From Bacteroidia bacterium (GTDB lineage Bacteria; Bacteroidota; Bacteroidia; AKYH767-A; OLB10): DNA of 57,236 bases. Positions 10,699 to 21,980 of the stretch are shown here, one piece after another (the stretch's first letter is position 1; each line of letters starts with the position of its first letter). Position numbers and translations under genes: made by a program. The stretch covers positions 1-57,236 of the forward strand of contig JBBQVM010000001.1 of assembly GCA_038211525.1 (NCBI GenBank). Reading direction: 5' to 3'. The notes below the pieces were generated by a model. That model worked only from the letters and a program-made list of their open reading frames with translations, made no database searches and was not told the DNA's origin.

Positions 10699-11492
10699 TC
10701 TACAATTTTCAAATCTACCCCCATAACCATCAACACAATAATAATTACTCCGATTGCAATTCGATAATACCCATAAACTTTCAATCCATACTTGGTAATC
10801 ACACCAATAAAAGATCGGATAGCCAGAATTGCTACGACAAATGCTATGATATTTCCAACTATTAATAAGGTAATTTGGTTTTGTTCTACCTGCACACCTG
10901 TTTTATAAAATTCGAAAAGTTTGTAAACAGTTGCAGCAAACATAGTAGGCACAGCAAGAAAAAATGAAAATTCTGCAGCTGTTTTTCTAGTCAACCCCTG
11001 AGTAAGTCCACCTACAATAGTAGCTGCCGACCTCGATACTCCGGGAATCATGGCAATTACCTGAAACATTCCTATTTTAAGTGCTTTCAAATAAGTAATT
11101 TCATCAGGTGTGTCATCTGTTTTTGTTTTAATGAGATGATCCATAAATATCAGAAAAATTCCACCCGCCAAAAGCATATATGCCACTACCGCAACATTGC
11201 CTAATAAGGAATCAATAAAATCATTCAAAAGCTTACCAAAAATAACTGCCGGAATAAATGCAACAAATAGTTTATAGTAAAAATCCATCGTCTGAAAAAA
11301 ACGTTTCCAATACAATACGATTACCGAAAGTATAGCACCAAATTGAATTGCAACAGTAAACGTCTTCGTAAAATTATCATCTGCAATACCCATAAGGGAA
11401 GATGCAATAATCATGTGTCCTGTAGAAGAAATAGGCAGGAACTCCGTTATTCCTTCCACCACCCCTAAAATGATTGCCTCAAATAAGGTCAT
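10695..11492 (-). CDS. uppP: Undecaprenyl-diphosphate phosphatase
   Basis: BacA/UppP motifs ([16 protein letters not shown]); polytopic membrane protein of 265 aa. Confidence 0.95.
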   Translation of the reverse strand: MTLFEAIILGVVEGITEFLPISSTGHMIIASSLMGIADDNFTKTFTVAIQFGAILSVIVLYWKRFFQTMDFYYKLFVAFIPAVIFGKLLNDFIDSLLGNVAVVAYMLLAGGIFLIFMDHLIKTKTDDTPDEITYLKALKIGMFQVIAMIPGVSRSAATIVGGLTQGLTRKTAAEFSFFLAVPTMFAATVYKLFEFYKTGVQVEQNQITLLIVGNIIAFVVAILAIRSFIGVITKYGLKVYGYYRIAIGVIIIVLMVMGVDLKIVD

Positions 11493-11501
11493 AGACGGGG
11501 A

Positions 11502-11765
11502 TTAATCTTTTGATTTTTTTACAATTGCATAAATTTCCAGTACAAATCCTGAAAGTACTATCAAGGGAGCTACTGTAATTCTGACAGGACTAAAAATTTC
11601 ATCACTGAATACATTCGGATCTTTGGAACCGCCTCCGGACATTAGAAAAAATCCAAGCAAAATTAAACCAATGCCACTTAACATTAGCATATAGTTGATT
11701 CGTCCGAAGGCGAAATCAGCTGTCTCTTTTTCTTTATTCATTTTTATAGAGTTAATGGTAAACAT
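11502..11765 (-). CDS. DUF3098 small membrane protein
   Basis: Two TM helices; conserved position between ftsX and uppP in Bacteroidota. An alternative start at 11741 (MNKEKE) is possible. Confidence 0.7.
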   Translation of the reverse strand: MFTINSIKMNKEKETADFAFGRINYMLMLSGIGLILLGFFLMSGGGSKDPNVFSDEIFSPVRITVAPLIVLSGFVLEIYAIVKKSKD

Positions 11766-11772
11766 CTCAATA

Positions 11773-12648
11773 TTAATACATTTCCTGAGTACTTCTACGC
11801 AAGTATTTATTTACAGCAAAAAAGGTGCTTAGACCGGCTATTAAAATACCAACAACTACAACACCGCCCATTAGCGTTAGCACCATATTATAATCCTGTA
11901 TTTCAACCAAATCGGGAATTTCTTTTTTTGAAAAATAAAGCAAAACCAACAGCAGAATATTGGCGATAATAGCACCATAAAATCCTTGCATCAAACCTCC
12001 TAAAACAAAAGGTTTTCTGATAAAACCGCGTGTGGCACCAACCAATTTCATGCTTTTTATCAACATCCGTCGTGAATATAACGAAAGTCGGATAGTGTTG
12101 TTAATGAGGGCTGCAGCAATAAAAAACAATAAAGCACTAAACCCTAGAATCACTAGTGTTAATGTTCTCATATTTTGATTAATCTTATCAATTAATGATT
12201 GCTGGTAATCGACTATTTTTACGATTTTAAATGTCGAAATGGTTGATTTTAAGGTATTCACACTTTGCATATCAGCATAATCGGCCTTCAGTTTTACGTC
12301 AATTGAACCTAGCAGCGGATTATAACCCAAAAACCCCACAAAATCTTCCCCAAGTTCTTCTTTTAATTTTTCAGCAGCCTCATCCTTAGTTATATAGGTA
12401 GTAGATTTAACATATTCCGATTTTTCAAGCATTTTAATCAGTTTACCTATGTCGTCCAAATTTGCATCCGGCAATAACATTACTGAAAGTTGGATATTTT
12501 CCTTTACGTAATTCGAAATCTTTCGTGCATGCAGGATCAAAACACCAAGAGTTCCAATCATGAATAGCACCAGAGCGATGCTTATCACGGTGGATATATA
12601 GGAAGTCCGGATAGTTTTCCGGGCCATTTTATTGTTTTCTTGGGTCAT
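11773..12648 (-). CDS. ftsX: Cell division protein FtsX-like permease
   Basis: N-terminal TM, periplasmic domain and a C-terminal FtsX 3-TM bundle; 291 aa. Confidence 0.85.
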   Translation of the reverse strand: MTQENNKMARKTIRTSYISTVISIALVLFMIGTLGVLILHARKISNYVKENIQLSVMLLPDANLDDIGKLIKMLEKSEYVKSTTYITKDEAAEKLKEELGEDFVGFLGYNPLLGSIDVKLKADYADMQSVNTLKSTISTFKIVKIVDYQQSLIDKINQNMRTLTLVILGFSALLFFIAAALINNTIRLSLYSRRMLIKSMKLVGATRGFIRKPFVLGGLMQGFYGAIIANILLLVLLYFSKKEIPDLVEIQDYNMVLTLMGGVVVVGILIAGLSTFFAVNKYLRRSTQEMY

Positions 12649-12665
12649 TTCTGTTTTGAAAACGA

Positions 12666-12673
12666 CAAAAGTA
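12666..12673 (-). promoter_or_regulatory. -7 box (TACTTTTG) upstream of ftsX
   Basis: Exact TAnnTTTG match, 17 nt upstream of the ATG at 12648. Confidence 0.4.
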
Positions 12674-12879
12674 ATGTTTTTCGCCCTTATAGCAACAGCC
12701 TCTAACGTGGATTTTAAGCGATTATTAACAGGAGATTCGTTGGGAAAGGGTCTATTTTACTATCTTCGTGACCTCATTTTTCCTTACGCAGGAAACTCCA
12801 CCTTTATTGTTATTTTAACATAATTGATCGCTATCATCAGAGGTTGTTTTCCGGGTGAGTTAAGGATGAAGTTTAAAAT

Positions 12880-15654
12880 ATGGAATACAATTTCAATAGC
12901 ATAGAACAACACTGGCAACAGTATTGGAAAAAAAACGAAACGTACAAAGTGTCGATTGATTTAACGCGACCAAAATATTACGTTCTCGATATGTTTCCTT
13001 ATCCTTCAGGAGCCGGATTGCATGTGGGTCACCCGCTTGGTTATATTGCTTCTGATATTTTTTCCCGATTCAAAAAAATGAAAGGCTTCAATGTGTTGCA
13101 TCCTATGGGTTACGATGCTTTTGGGCTTCCCGCCGAACAATATGCAATTCAAACCGGTCAACATCCTGCCATCACCACTGCTAAAAATATTGAAAGATAT
13201 CGTGAACAGTTGGATCGCATGGGATTTTCTTTCGACTGGAGTCGCGAAGTAAGAACCAGTGATCCGGAATATTATAAGTGGACGCAGTGGATATTCCTTA
13301 AACTTTTTCATTCTTGGTTTAATAACAAATCCAATAAAACCGAACCTATTGAATTGCTGGTTGCGGAATTTAATAAAAATGGTAACTTAGAAGTAGCTGC
13401 TGCTTGTAGCGAAACAGAAAGTTTCTCTGCATTGGAATGGAAAAATTTTAATGAAGTAGAACAACAGGCGCGCTTATTAAAATACAGGTTAGCCTATCTT
13501 AGTGATTCCATGGTGAACTGGTGCCCTACATTAGGAACCGTTCTTGCCAATGAAGAAGTGAAAGATGGACTTTCTGAAAGAGGAGGATACCCCGTAGAGA
13601 AAAAATTAATGAGTCAATGGAGTCTACGAATTAGTGCTTTTGCAGAGCGGTTATTGCAAGGTTTGGAAACAATTGATTGGAGTGACGCATTAAAAGAATC
13701 ACAAAAGTATTGGATTGGGAAGTCAGAAGGAGCATTGCTAAATTTCGAAATTGCCAATACATCAGCTGTTCAAAGCCAAGGCAATATTGAGGTATTCACT
13801 ACCCGCCCTGATACTATTTTTGGTGTTACCTTTATAACCCTTGCGCCGGAACACGATTTAGTAAACTCTATAACTACCTCCGAGTATACGAAAAAAGTTG
13901 AAGAATATATTTCCTATTCAAAAAATCGTTCTGAAAGGGAGCGAATGGCTGATGTAAAAAAAATAACAGGTCAATTTACAGGCGCTTATGTTATTCACCC
14001 TTTCACTAAAAAAAATATTCCAATTTGGATCGGCGATTATGTTTTGGCAGGATATGGAACCGGAGCAGTAATGGCTGTTCCCGGTCATGATAGTCGTGAC
14101 TATGCTTTTGCAAAACATTTTGGACTCGATATTACTGAAGTGGTTAGTGGCGGCGATATATCCAAAGAAGCTTACGAATCTAAATCAGGAGTTTTAGTAA
14201 ACAGTGATTTTCTTGATGGCCTCACAGCAGATAAGGCAATTAAAAAAGCAATTGAAGAAATTGTGAAGCAGGGATTTGGAGAGAGTAAAGTAAATTATCG
14301 CTTGCGCGACGCTATTTTTGGTCGCCAACGCTATTGGGGGGAACCTATTCCGGTGTATTACAAAAACAATACACCCTATACAATTCTTGAAAGTGAATTG
14401 CCTTTGGTGCTCCCTGAAATAGATAAATTTCTTCCAACTGAAAGTGGTGAACCACCTTTAGCTCGCGCAAAAGACTGGCAGTACAAAGGAGAGTACGATT
14501 ATGAACCTACTACTATGCCCGGTTGGGCGGGTTCTTCCTGGTATTATTTAAGGTACATGGATGCTAAAAATTCGAATGTTTTCGCTTCCGCAGAAGCGTT
14601 AAACTATTGGCGCGATGTTGATCTTTACTTAGGTGGGTCGGAACATGCAACAGGCCATCTGTTGTATGTACGCTTCTGGACTAAAGTATTGTTCGATCTT
14701 GGTTATGTTCCTGTTGATGAGCCGGCGAAAAAACTCATTAACCAGGGAATGATTCAAGGCACCTCTTGTTTCATTTATAGAGTTACCGGTACTAATAAAT
14801 TTGTATCGAATGGCTTGAAAAATAATTACGATACCACCCCTTTGCATGTTGATGTAAATATTGTTTCTAATAATGTTTTAGATATTGATGCATTTAAAAA
14901 CTGGAGAAGCGAATTTGCCAACTCAGAATTTATTACTGAAGATGGAAAATATATTTGCGGCAATGAAGTAGAAAAAATGTCAAAATCAAAATGGAACGTA
15001 GTAAGTCCCGACTCAATAATTGAACAATATGGTGCCGACTGTTTACGTATGTATGAGATGTTTCTTGGACCGATTGAACAGAGTAAGCCATGGAATACAA
15101 ACGGTATCAGTGGCGTCTCCAATTTCCTCAAACGGTTCTGGCGCCTCTTTTTTGTGAACGGTGAATTTCAATTGAGCCAAGTTCCTGCTTCAAAACAAGA
15201 GTTGAAATCGTTACACAAAACCATTAAGAAAGTTACTGACGACATTGAAAAATTCTCATTTAATACTTCAGTTAGTTCGTTTATGATTTGCGTTAATGAA
15301 CTAATGGATTTAAAATGCAACAAAAGAGAAATCCTAGAACCACTTACAATTCTTATCGCGCCATTTGCTCCCCATATTGCAGAGGAATTATGGAACTTGA
15401 TGGGACATCAAGAGAGTATTACAAAAACAATTTTCCCTATTCATGATAAAAATTATCTGGTTGAAGATGAGTTTGAATATCCTGTTTCTGTAAATGGAAA
15501 AACCAGGTTCAAATTAATACTTCCTCTCAGCTTAACCAAAGATCAGATTGAAGCAGAAGTAACTCAATCGGCAGAATTTATTAAACATTTGAATGGATCT
15601 TCGCCTAAAAAAATTATTATTGTCCCCGGACGAATTGTTAACATCGTAATTTAA
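12880..15654 (+). CDS. leuS: Leucine--tRNA ligase
   Basis: HVGH (HIGH) and KMSKS motifs; 924 aa. Confidence 0.97.
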   Translation: MEYNFNSIEQHWQQYWKKNETYKVSIDLTRPKYYVLDMFPYPSGAGLHVGHPLGYIASDIFSRFKKMKGFNVLHPMGYDAFGLPAEQYAIQTGQHPAITTAKNIERYREQLDRMGFSFDWSREVRTSDPEYYKWTQWIFLKLFHSWFNNKSNKTEPIELLVAEFNKNGNLEVAAACSETESFSALEWKNFNEVEQQARLLKYRLAYLSDSMVNWCPTLGTVLANEEVKDGLSERGGYPVEKKLMSQWSLRISAFAERLLQGLETIDWSDALKESQKYWIGKSEGALLNFEIANTSAVQSQGNIEVFTTRPDTIFGVTFITLAPEHDLVNSITTSEYTKKVEEYISYSKNRSERERMADVKKITGQFTGAYVIHPFTKKNIPIWIGDYVLAGYGTGAVMAVPGHDSRDYAFAKHFGLDITEVVSGGDISKEAYESKSGVLVNSDFLDGLTADKAIKKAIEEIVKQGFGESKVNYRLRDAIFGRQRYWGEPIPVYYKNNTPYTILESELPLVLPEIDKFLPTESGEPPLARAKDWQYKGEYDYEPTTMPGWAGSSWYYLRYMDAKNSNVFASAEALNYWRDVDLYLGGSEHATGHLLYVRFWTKVLFDLGYVPVDEPAKKLINQGMIQGTSCFIYRVTGTNKFVSNGLKNNYDTTPLHVDVNIVSNNVLDIDAFKNWRSEFANSEFITEDGKYICGNEVEKMSKSKWNVVSPDSIIEQYGADCLRMYEMFLGPIEQSKPWNTNGISGVSNFLKRFWRLFFVNGEFQLSQVPASKQELKSLHKTIKKVTDDIEKFSFNTSVSSFMICVNELMDLKCNKREILEPLTILIAPFAPHIAEELWNLMGHQESITKTIFPIHDKNYLVEDEFEYPVSVNGKTRFKLILPLSLTKDQIEAEVTQSAEFIKHLNGSSPKKIIIVPGRIVNIVI

Positions 15655-15675
15655 AACTATCAGTCTTTACATAAA

Positions 15676-16497
15676 ATGAAATTACTTACGCAACACATCG
15701 AAGCACTCATTTTTACTTCGGAACAAGCCACTACTGCCGATGAAATTATTACCTGCCTTAAAACCGTTTATGGCTGGGATTTGAAAAAAGAGGAGTTGAG
15801 TGATGCTATTGAGGAAATTAAACAAAAATTTAGCGATGAAAATTTTTCGTTTGAATTAAATGAAATTGCCGGAGGCTACCAGTTCCTGAGCAAAAAGGAA
15901 TACCACAATGCAATTCATGTGATGCTCCAACTCAAGGAAAAAAAGCGTTTATCTACTGCTGCGCTCGAAACCCTGGCTATCATTGCTTACAAACAACCCA
16001 TCTCGAAACCGGAACTGGAACACATAAGAGGGGTAAGTTGTGATTATTCCATTCAAAAACTGCTTGAAAAGGAGCTTGTTGTAATTGCAGGTAAAAGCGA
16101 CGGGCCGGGAAAGCCACTCCTCTATGCTACAAGAAAAAATTTCATGGACCATTTTGGTTTGCGCTCTGTTAAAGACCTTCCCAAACTAAAAGATATTCAA
16201 TCTGTAGATGTTAATGAAATTGGTATGCCATCAGAATTGTCTGATGAGATACCACTTGACTTGCCCCCTTCTGATGAAATTGTTGGCACCGAACATAGTG
16301 AGGTAGAGCGAATCATTGATAACGAAAATACTGAAACAGAGGGATCGATCACAGAGGATAACTTTTCGGAAGGCAAGATTAATCCGGAAGCAGTAGTTGA
16401 AATTATAGATGATACTGAGCAGGAACCATCCATTAATGAGGATTATATTTCTGATGATGAGGAACTTCCGGAAAAAGATCAGGAGCAAAACAATTGA
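15676..16497 (+). CDS. scpB: Segregation and condensation protein B with an acidic C-terminal extension
   Basis: ScpB winged-helix core (GGYQF, RGVSCDYSIQKLLEKELV), followed by an acidic tail of about 100 aa. Confidence 0.9.
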   Translation: MKLLTQHIEALIFTSEQATTADEIITCLKTVYGWDLKKEELSDAIEEIKQKFSDENFSFELNEIAGGYQFLSKKEYHNAIHVMLQLKEKKRLSTAALETLAIIAYKQPISKPELEHIRGVSCDYSIQKLLEKELVVIAGKSDGPGKPLLYATRKNFMDHFGLRSVKDLPKLKDIQSVDVNEIGMPSELSDEIPLDLPPSDEIVGTEHSEVERIIDNENTETEGSITEDNFSEGKINPEAVVEIIDDTEQEPSINEDYISDDEELPEKDQEQNN

Positions 16498-16543
16498 TGC
16501 TTAAGTGTTTTTTTTGGAACACCATTTGTAATATTGGGTTGGT

Positions 16544-17326
16544 ATGATAAAACATGGGATTGGCTTATTGCTATTTGGGTTGCTTGCATTTAATGTAATC
16601 GGGCAACCTAACTTTCGTAGTATCAACAACCAGGCATTTAAAACAGGAGAGATCATTGAATATCGAATTCATTATGGTTTTATTGATGCCGGGATAGCGC
16701 GATTAGAGGTAAAAGAGGACCTAAAGCAGGTTGGAACCCGTAAATGTTACCACGTGGTTGGAACAGGTGAAACTAGAGGAACCTTCGATTGGTTTTTTAA
16801 AGTCCGCGATCGTTACGAAAGCTATATTGATATTGAAGCTATTATGCCGTGGTTATTTATCCGTCGTGTTGATGAGGGAGGATATGTAATTAATCAGAAT
16901 GTCTCTTTTAATCAGGCGGCACTATCAGCAACTTCCGAAAAGGTAACCATCCCTACCCCAGTGTATGTGCAGGATCTTGTGTCGGCTTTTTACTATGCAC
17001 GAAATATTGACTTCACCAATGTTGCAACGGGCACCCTTTTCCCAATAAGTACTTATCTTGATGATGAGGTTTTCCCTTTAAACATCCGTTTCATCGGAAG
17101 AGAGGTTATCAAAACTAAATTCGGAAATGTGAAATGTATAAAATTTCGCCCGGTCTTACTTCAGGGACGTGTATTTAAAGATGAAGAAGATATGACTGTA
17201 TGGGTGAGCGACGATAAAAATAAAATTGTTGTAAGAGCTGAAGCTAACGTTCTGGTAGGCTCTATTAAAATGGATTTGAAAGGTTATTCAGGTTTGGCAA
17301 ATTCATTTACCTCTAAAAATAAATAA
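16544..17326 (+). CDS. DUF3108 domain protein (secreted)
   Basis: Signal peptide; GEIIEYRIHYGFIDAGIARLEV is typical of DUF3108. Confidence 0.7.
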   Translation: MIKHGIGLLLFGLLAFNVIGQPNFRSINNQAFKTGEIIEYRIHYGFIDAGIARLEVKEDLKQVGTRKCYHVVGTGETRGTFDWFFKVRDRYESYIDIEAIMPWLFIRRVDEGGYVINQNVSFNQAALSATSEKVTIPTPVYVQDLVSAFYYARNIDFTNVATGTLFPISTYLDDEVFPLNIRFIGREVIKTKFGNVKCIKFRPVLLQGRVFKDEEDMTVWVSDDKNKIVVRAEANVLVGSIKMDLKGYSGLANSFTSKNK

Positions 17327-17332
17327 TGTTTT

Positions 17333-18130
17333 TCATTTAGGTTTAGCTTTCACTTCAATCACCAACTCTTCCTTCACCAAATTCTGAATTTCTTCCTCAC
17401 TGAAAATTAAATGCATTTTCTTTTTCCTGAAAGTGTAGATTATTCCCAATACAATTCCAATCAAACCATAACACATTCCTGACAAAAATGATAAATGATA
17501 GTTTGTTATCAATCCTGAAACGGCAAACGCTATTGAAAGCAAAGCAATCGACATCATTGCAATATTTCCATAGATGCTAGTTTTAGTATTATATATTTCT
17601 ATATTGTTTAATCGTATTTCCGCTTTTTTGGAAAGTGCATGGTGATGTAGCAATAAAAATATTCCGTAAATCACCATGAATCCTATTCCATAAATCAACA
17701 TCAACTGATCTACTTCGCTGTTGGATGTTAATTTCTCGAATCTAGTGCCATCAGGATGCACCACTGTATTGCCTTGAGTAATTAATGAAAATACAAATTT
17801 TAATGGGTAAACATACAAGAGGACGACGAAGAGCAAGACACTATTGAGAAAAATTGTTTTCACATCCTGCAATCCATATTTTCTGAAAAACATATACTGT
17901 TCAAACCAAATGAGCATAATGATAAGAAAGCATGCTGCAAAACCCATGAATCCACTTAAACTATACATCAATTCCTTGAATGTTTCTGGAACCTGAAGAG
18001 AAACTACGATTAAAGTAACAGCAAAAGCGAAAACAGAATCCGTAAAGCTTTCAATACGTGTGGCGGAATGTTGTCGCCAACGAACTGTTTTGGGGCCAAT
18101 TTTAGCTGATATCAATTTATTTCTAAACAT
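17333..18130 (-). CDS. TMEM175-family (DUF1211) potassium channel
   Basis: RIESFTDSVFAFAVTLIV signature in the first TM helix; six predicted TM helices. Confidence 0.8.
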   Translation of the reverse strand: MFRNKLISAKIGPKTVRWRQHSATRIESFTDSVFAFAVTLIVVSLQVPETFKELMYSLSGFMGFAACFLIIMLIWFEQYMFFRKYGLQDVKTIFLNSVLLFVVLLYVYPLKFVFSLITQGNTVVHPDGTRFEKLTSNSEVDQLMLIYGIGFMVIYGIFLLLHHHALSKKAEIRLNNIEIYNTKTSIYGNIAMMSIALLSIAFAVSGLITNYHLSFLSGMCYGLIGIVLGIIYTFRKKKMHLIFSEEEIQNLVKEELVIEVKAKPK

Positions 18131-18156
18131 GTTTCAGTCTCTTTATAATATTGATT

Positions 18157-19152
18157 TCAGGAACCAATTAGTCCTTTTGTGGTAAGGTATTCTGCAATTT
18201 GAACAGCATTAGTTGCAGCACCTTTTCTAAGGTTATCGGCAACAATCCACAAATTTAAAGTTTTCGGCTGACTCTCGTCTCTTCTCACCCTTCCAACAAA
18301 TACCTCATCCTTTCCCTCCGAATAGAGCGGCATAGGATAGATGTTATTTTGGGGATCATCGTACAACTCCACTCCCGGACTGTTTTTCAGAATCTGAATA
18401 ACATCTTTTATATCGAACTCATCTTCAAACTCCACATTTACTGCCTCCGAGTGACCTCCTTTAACGGGCACTCTCACCGTAGTGGCAGTTACCATGATGG
18501 ATTCATTTCGAAGAATTTTTCTGGTTTCATTCACCATCTTCATCTCTTCTTTTGTGTATCCATTTTCAGTGAAAACATCACAATGAGGAATTACATTTTT
18601 ATGGATCGGAAAATTATAAACCATATCGGGAACAATGCCTGCAAATTCATCTTCCAACTGGCGGAGGGCCTTAGCTCCGGTACCTGTTACCGACTGATAG
18701 GTAGAAACCACAATTCTTTTTATCTTATATTTTAGGTCTAGAGGCGCAAGAGCCATTACCATTTGGATAGTGGAACAATTTGGATTAGCAATTATTTTAT
18801 CATTTGACTCAATCACATCAGCATTTATTTCAGGAACCACCAGTTTAATATTTTTTTCCATTCTCCATGCTGAAGAATTATCTATTACCACTGTTCCAAT
18901 TTCTGCAAACCTGGGTGCCCATTCCAAAGATGTATTTCCTCCGGCCGAAAAAAGGGCAACATCCGGCTTCATGGCAATGGCTTCATTCATTGATACTACT
19001 CGATAAGATTTTCCACCAAATTTAATTTCTTTGCCAACGGAACGTTCGGTAGCGACCGGAATTAGTTGCGTAACAGGAAATTTCCGTTCTTCCAAAACTT
19101 TCAACATGACTGTCCCCACTAAACCTGTGGCTCCTACAACGGCAACTCTCAT
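18157..19152 (-). CDS. asd: Aspartate-semialdehyde dehydrogenase
   Basis: MRVAVVGATGLVG Rossmann N-terminus; active-site NPNCSTI. Confidence 0.95.
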   Translation of the reverse strand: MRVAVVGATGLVGTVMLKVLEERKFPVTQLIPVATERSVGKEIKFGGKSYRVVSMNEAIAMKPDVALFSAGGNTSLEWAPRFAEIGTVVIDNSSAWRMEKNIKLVVPEINADVIESNDKIIANPNCSTIQMVMALAPLDLKYKIKRIVVSTYQSVTGTGAKALRQLEDEFAGIVPDMVYNFPIHKNVIPHCDVFTENGYTKEEMKMVNETRKILRNESIMVTATTVRVPVKGGHSEAVNVEFEDEFDIKDVIQILKNSPGVELYDDPQNNIYPMPLYSEGKDEVFVGRVRRDESQPKTLNLWIVADNLRKGAATNAVQIAEYLTTKGLIGS

Positions 19153-19183
19153 TTTCTATAAATTATTTTTATCCGGTTTGATC

Positions 19184-20059
19184 TTATTCATCCAACTTTT
19201 GTTTTATTTTCTCTTTTACAGAAACTTCCATTTGAGGAAACGGTAAAGAAATTCCATTTTCTGTAAATTTTTTATACACTGCCATATTCATTCTGCTACG
19301 CATCATCCCTTGTCGTTGCATTAATTTAGAGGTCCATATTACCAATTCAAAGGTGATACTGCTTGGCGCAAATTCTTTTAATCGAATGGTGGCTTTCGGT
19401 TCAACCGCAACGTTGACATCCTCTTTAGCAACCTCCAGAAGTAATTTCACTATCACATCTTGATCGGTACCATAAGGAACCGGAACCGGAATTTTAAATC
19501 TAACCATTTTCCCGGCAAGGCTCCAATTGGTCACTCTGGTAGAAATTAATTCTGAATTAGGAATAATCACGCTTATGCCATCATTGGTCACCACTGTGGT
19601 GGCTCTTGCTGAAATGCTAATAACTTCACCTGTTGTTCCACTCACTTCTATGCGATCACCTATTTTTACGGGCCGCTCAAGAAGAATAACAATTCCACTA
19701 ACGAAATTATTTGTAATATTCTGTAAACCGAAACCTATTCCCACACCCAGCGCTCCACCAATCAATGCCAATCCGCTCAAATCAATTCCACTTGCATGAA
19801 TTACAACAAACATCCCCATCACAAAAAAGATATAGCGCACAATGGTTCCCATTGCCTGTCTTACTCCAATATCTTCATTGTACTTAAGCAGTACCCGATG
19901 TACTAAAAAATTCTTTAATAGTTTGGAGACCCATCCCAGGAAAACGATGGCGATTACCAATTTTAATATGTACCATATACTGAATTCCGTTTTACCGAAG
20001 AGGAAAAGCGGGTAATGCAGAAACTGCAACATTTTTTCAAATACTTCCGACTCTAACAT
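19184..20059 (-). CDS. Mechanosensitive ion channel, MscS family
   Basis: TM3 plus beta-domain signature (NFVSGIVILLERPVKIGDRIEV). Confidence 0.9.
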   Translation of the reverse strand: MLESEVFEKMLQFLHYPLFLFGKTEFSIWYILKLVIAIVFLGWVSKLLKNFLVHRVLLKYNEDIGVRQAMGTIVRYIFFVMGMFVVIHASGIDLSGLALIGGALGVGIGFGLQNITNNFVSGIVILLERPVKIGDRIEVSGTTGEVISISARATTVVTNDGISVIIPNSELISTRVTNWSLAGKMVRFKIPVPVPYGTDQDVIVKLLLEVAKEDVNVAVEPKATIRLKEFAPSSITFELVIWTSKLMQRQGMMRSRMNMAVYKKFTENGISLPFPQMEVSVKEKIKQKLDE

Positions 20060-20087
20060 AATTAGTATTTTAAACAGGCAGAATGGA

Positions 20088-20095
20088 CAAAGATA
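20088..20095 (-). promoter_or_regulatory. -7 box (TATCTTTG) upstream of the MscS gene
   Basis: Exact TAnnTTTG match, 28 nt upstream of the ATG. Confidence 0.4.
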
Positions 20096-20189
20096 AATAA
20101 ATGATCGAAATAGACTTAATTGAAACTATTCAATCTCAATTTATAACATTTTTAATTAGAATTTCATTTTGATTTCATGAAATAATTCC

Positions 20190-20197
20190 TATTTTTG
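20190..20197 (+). promoter_or_regulatory. -7 box (TATTTTTG) upstream of the lamin-tail-domain gene
   Basis: Exact TAnnTTTG match, 41 nt upstream of the ATG at 20239. Confidence 0.4.
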
Positions 20198-20238
20198 ACC
20201 AACAATTTTTCAAATTTAAACTTTTTAATTCTTTTCAA

Positions 20239-21969
20239 ATGAAACAGCTATTTTTTTACACCGCATTAATTTTACCTTTTTCCCTTTCAGCTCAGGAGCC
20301 TCTATTACCTTCAATTAGTGGCACCAGTGCCATTCAATACAGTGTTCTCATCACCGAAATCATGGCGGATCCCGACCCTTCCAACGGATTGCCTTTGACC
20401 GAATTCGTAGAACTTTACAATAACAGTCCGGATACGATAAACCTGGCAGGATGGATCCTCTTTGAAGGAAGCAGTAGGGTGTTACCTGCCGTTAACCTGA
20501 ATCCCGGAGCATATATCATTGTTTGTCCTTTGGCAGATACCGGCAACTTTACACTTTATGGAAATTGTGCAGGTATCAGTTCCATGTCCCTTACAAATGG
20601 GGGTGAAAAAATTGCCATTCGCGATCCTTCCGGATTTCCGGTTGATTCGGTGATCTATAGCGATTCCTGGTATGGCTCGGGCTACAAAAAAGATGGAGGC
20701 TGGTCGCTGGAAAGAGTAGATGTTAATTACACTTGTCCAACCGCCTTGAACTGGAAGCCTTCAATAAATCCTTACGGCGGTACTCCCGGACAAACCAACA
20801 GTGTTGCCGGACCCATCATTGATCATACTCCTCCGGTGCTTTTAAGGGCATTTTGTATTGATAGTACTACTATAGTGTTAATTTTTAACGAGCCGATTGA
20901 TCCATCCACTGTCACAATTTTAACTAATTACCATTCACCGGAATTATTGGGAATATCAGGAGCAACTTTGACAGGATTAAATAATGAAAAAATAATAGTT
21001 CATTTATCATCAATAATAGCACCTTCCACAATTTATCATCTCATCGCCGAAGGAATTTCAGATTGCTCAGGCAATACTATTTCTGCAGGAAGCGCCATTA
21101 GGTTTGGACTACCTGATACTATTCAACAACATAATATTATCTTTAATGAAATACTGTTTGATCCTTTTGCAGGTAGTTATGACTTTGTAGAATTGTACAA
21201 TAACGGAACTCTTGTTTACGATTTAGCATCATTAAAAATTAGCAATATTGATGCAGCTACAAAAGAACCGATTTCACTGAAATTAATTTCAGATGAATCG
21301 TATTTAATTTTTCCGGGTGATTATGTGGTGTTGACAGAAAATCCTGTTTCTGTTGCTGATTTTTATAAATCACCTTACCCTTTTCAATTTATTGCTGTTG
21401 CTAATTTTCCCTCTATGAATATTGATGCAGGGTACATTGGTATTTTTTCCAATGGCAATAGCATTGATGAGTTTCAATATACTGATGATTTCCACTTTAA
21501 ATTATTAAATGACACAAAAGGAATTTCTTTAGAGAAAATAAATCCTGGTTTCAATGCTATGAGTCGTTCATCATGGCATTCCTCATCCACCGTTGATGGC
21601 TTTGCAACTCCCGGCTATCGCAATTCACAGTACACTGAAATGGTTGCATCTGATAAAAGTGTAACGGTTACCCCGGAAATATTTTCTCCCGATAATGATG
21701 GATATGATGATTACGTTACTTTTTCGGTTAAAGCAGGAACACCGGGATACCTGTCTAACTTTTGGATTTATAACGCTTATGGACAAGTGGTATTTGATAA
21801 CTCCATCAACAATTTAACAGGAACTTCTGAAATTTTCAGGTGGGATGGAATTGATGCAACAGGGAACCGAGCTCCAGTGGGTATTTATGTTGCTGTGATA
21901 GAATTATTCAACCTTACTGGAACTATTAAAAAATATAAATTGCCCCTTGTATTAGCAACAAAAAATTAG
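20239..21969 (+). CDS. Secreted protein with two lamin tail domains and a C-terminal FSPDNDGYDD-type sorting-like domain
   Basis: ITEIMADPDP...FVELYNNS and FNEILFDP...FVELYNNG LTD signatures; signal peptide; C-terminal FSPDNDGYDDYVTF block. Confidence 0.8.
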   Translation: MKQLFFYTALILPFSLSAQEPLLPSISGTSAIQYSVLITEIMADPDPSNGLPLTEFVELYNNSPDTINLAGWILFEGSSRVLPAVNLNPGAYIIVCPLADTGNFTLYGNCAGISSMSLTNGGEKIAIRDPSGFPVDSVIYSDSWYGSGYKKDGGWSLERVDVNYTCPTALNWKPSINPYGGTPGQTNSVAGPIIDHTPPVLLRAFCIDSTTIVLIFNEPIDPSTVTILTNYHSPELLGISGATLTGLNNEKIIVHLSSIIAPSTIYHLIAEGISDCSGNTISAGSAIRFGLPDTIQQHNIIFNEILFDPFAGSYDFVELYNNGTLVYDLASLKISNIDAATKEPISLKLISDESYLIFPGDYVVLTENPVSVADFYKSPYPFQFIAVANFPSMNIDAGYIGIFSNGNSIDEFQYTDDFHFKLLNDTKGISLEKINPGFNAMSRSSWHSSSTVDGFATPGYRNSQYTEMVASDKSVTVTPEIFSPDNDGYDDYVTFSVKAGTPGYLSNFWIYNAYGQVVFDNSINNLTGTSEIFRWDGIDATGNRAPVGIYVAVIELFNLTGTIKKYKLPLVLATKN

Positions 21970-21980
21970 TTGTTCAAAAA

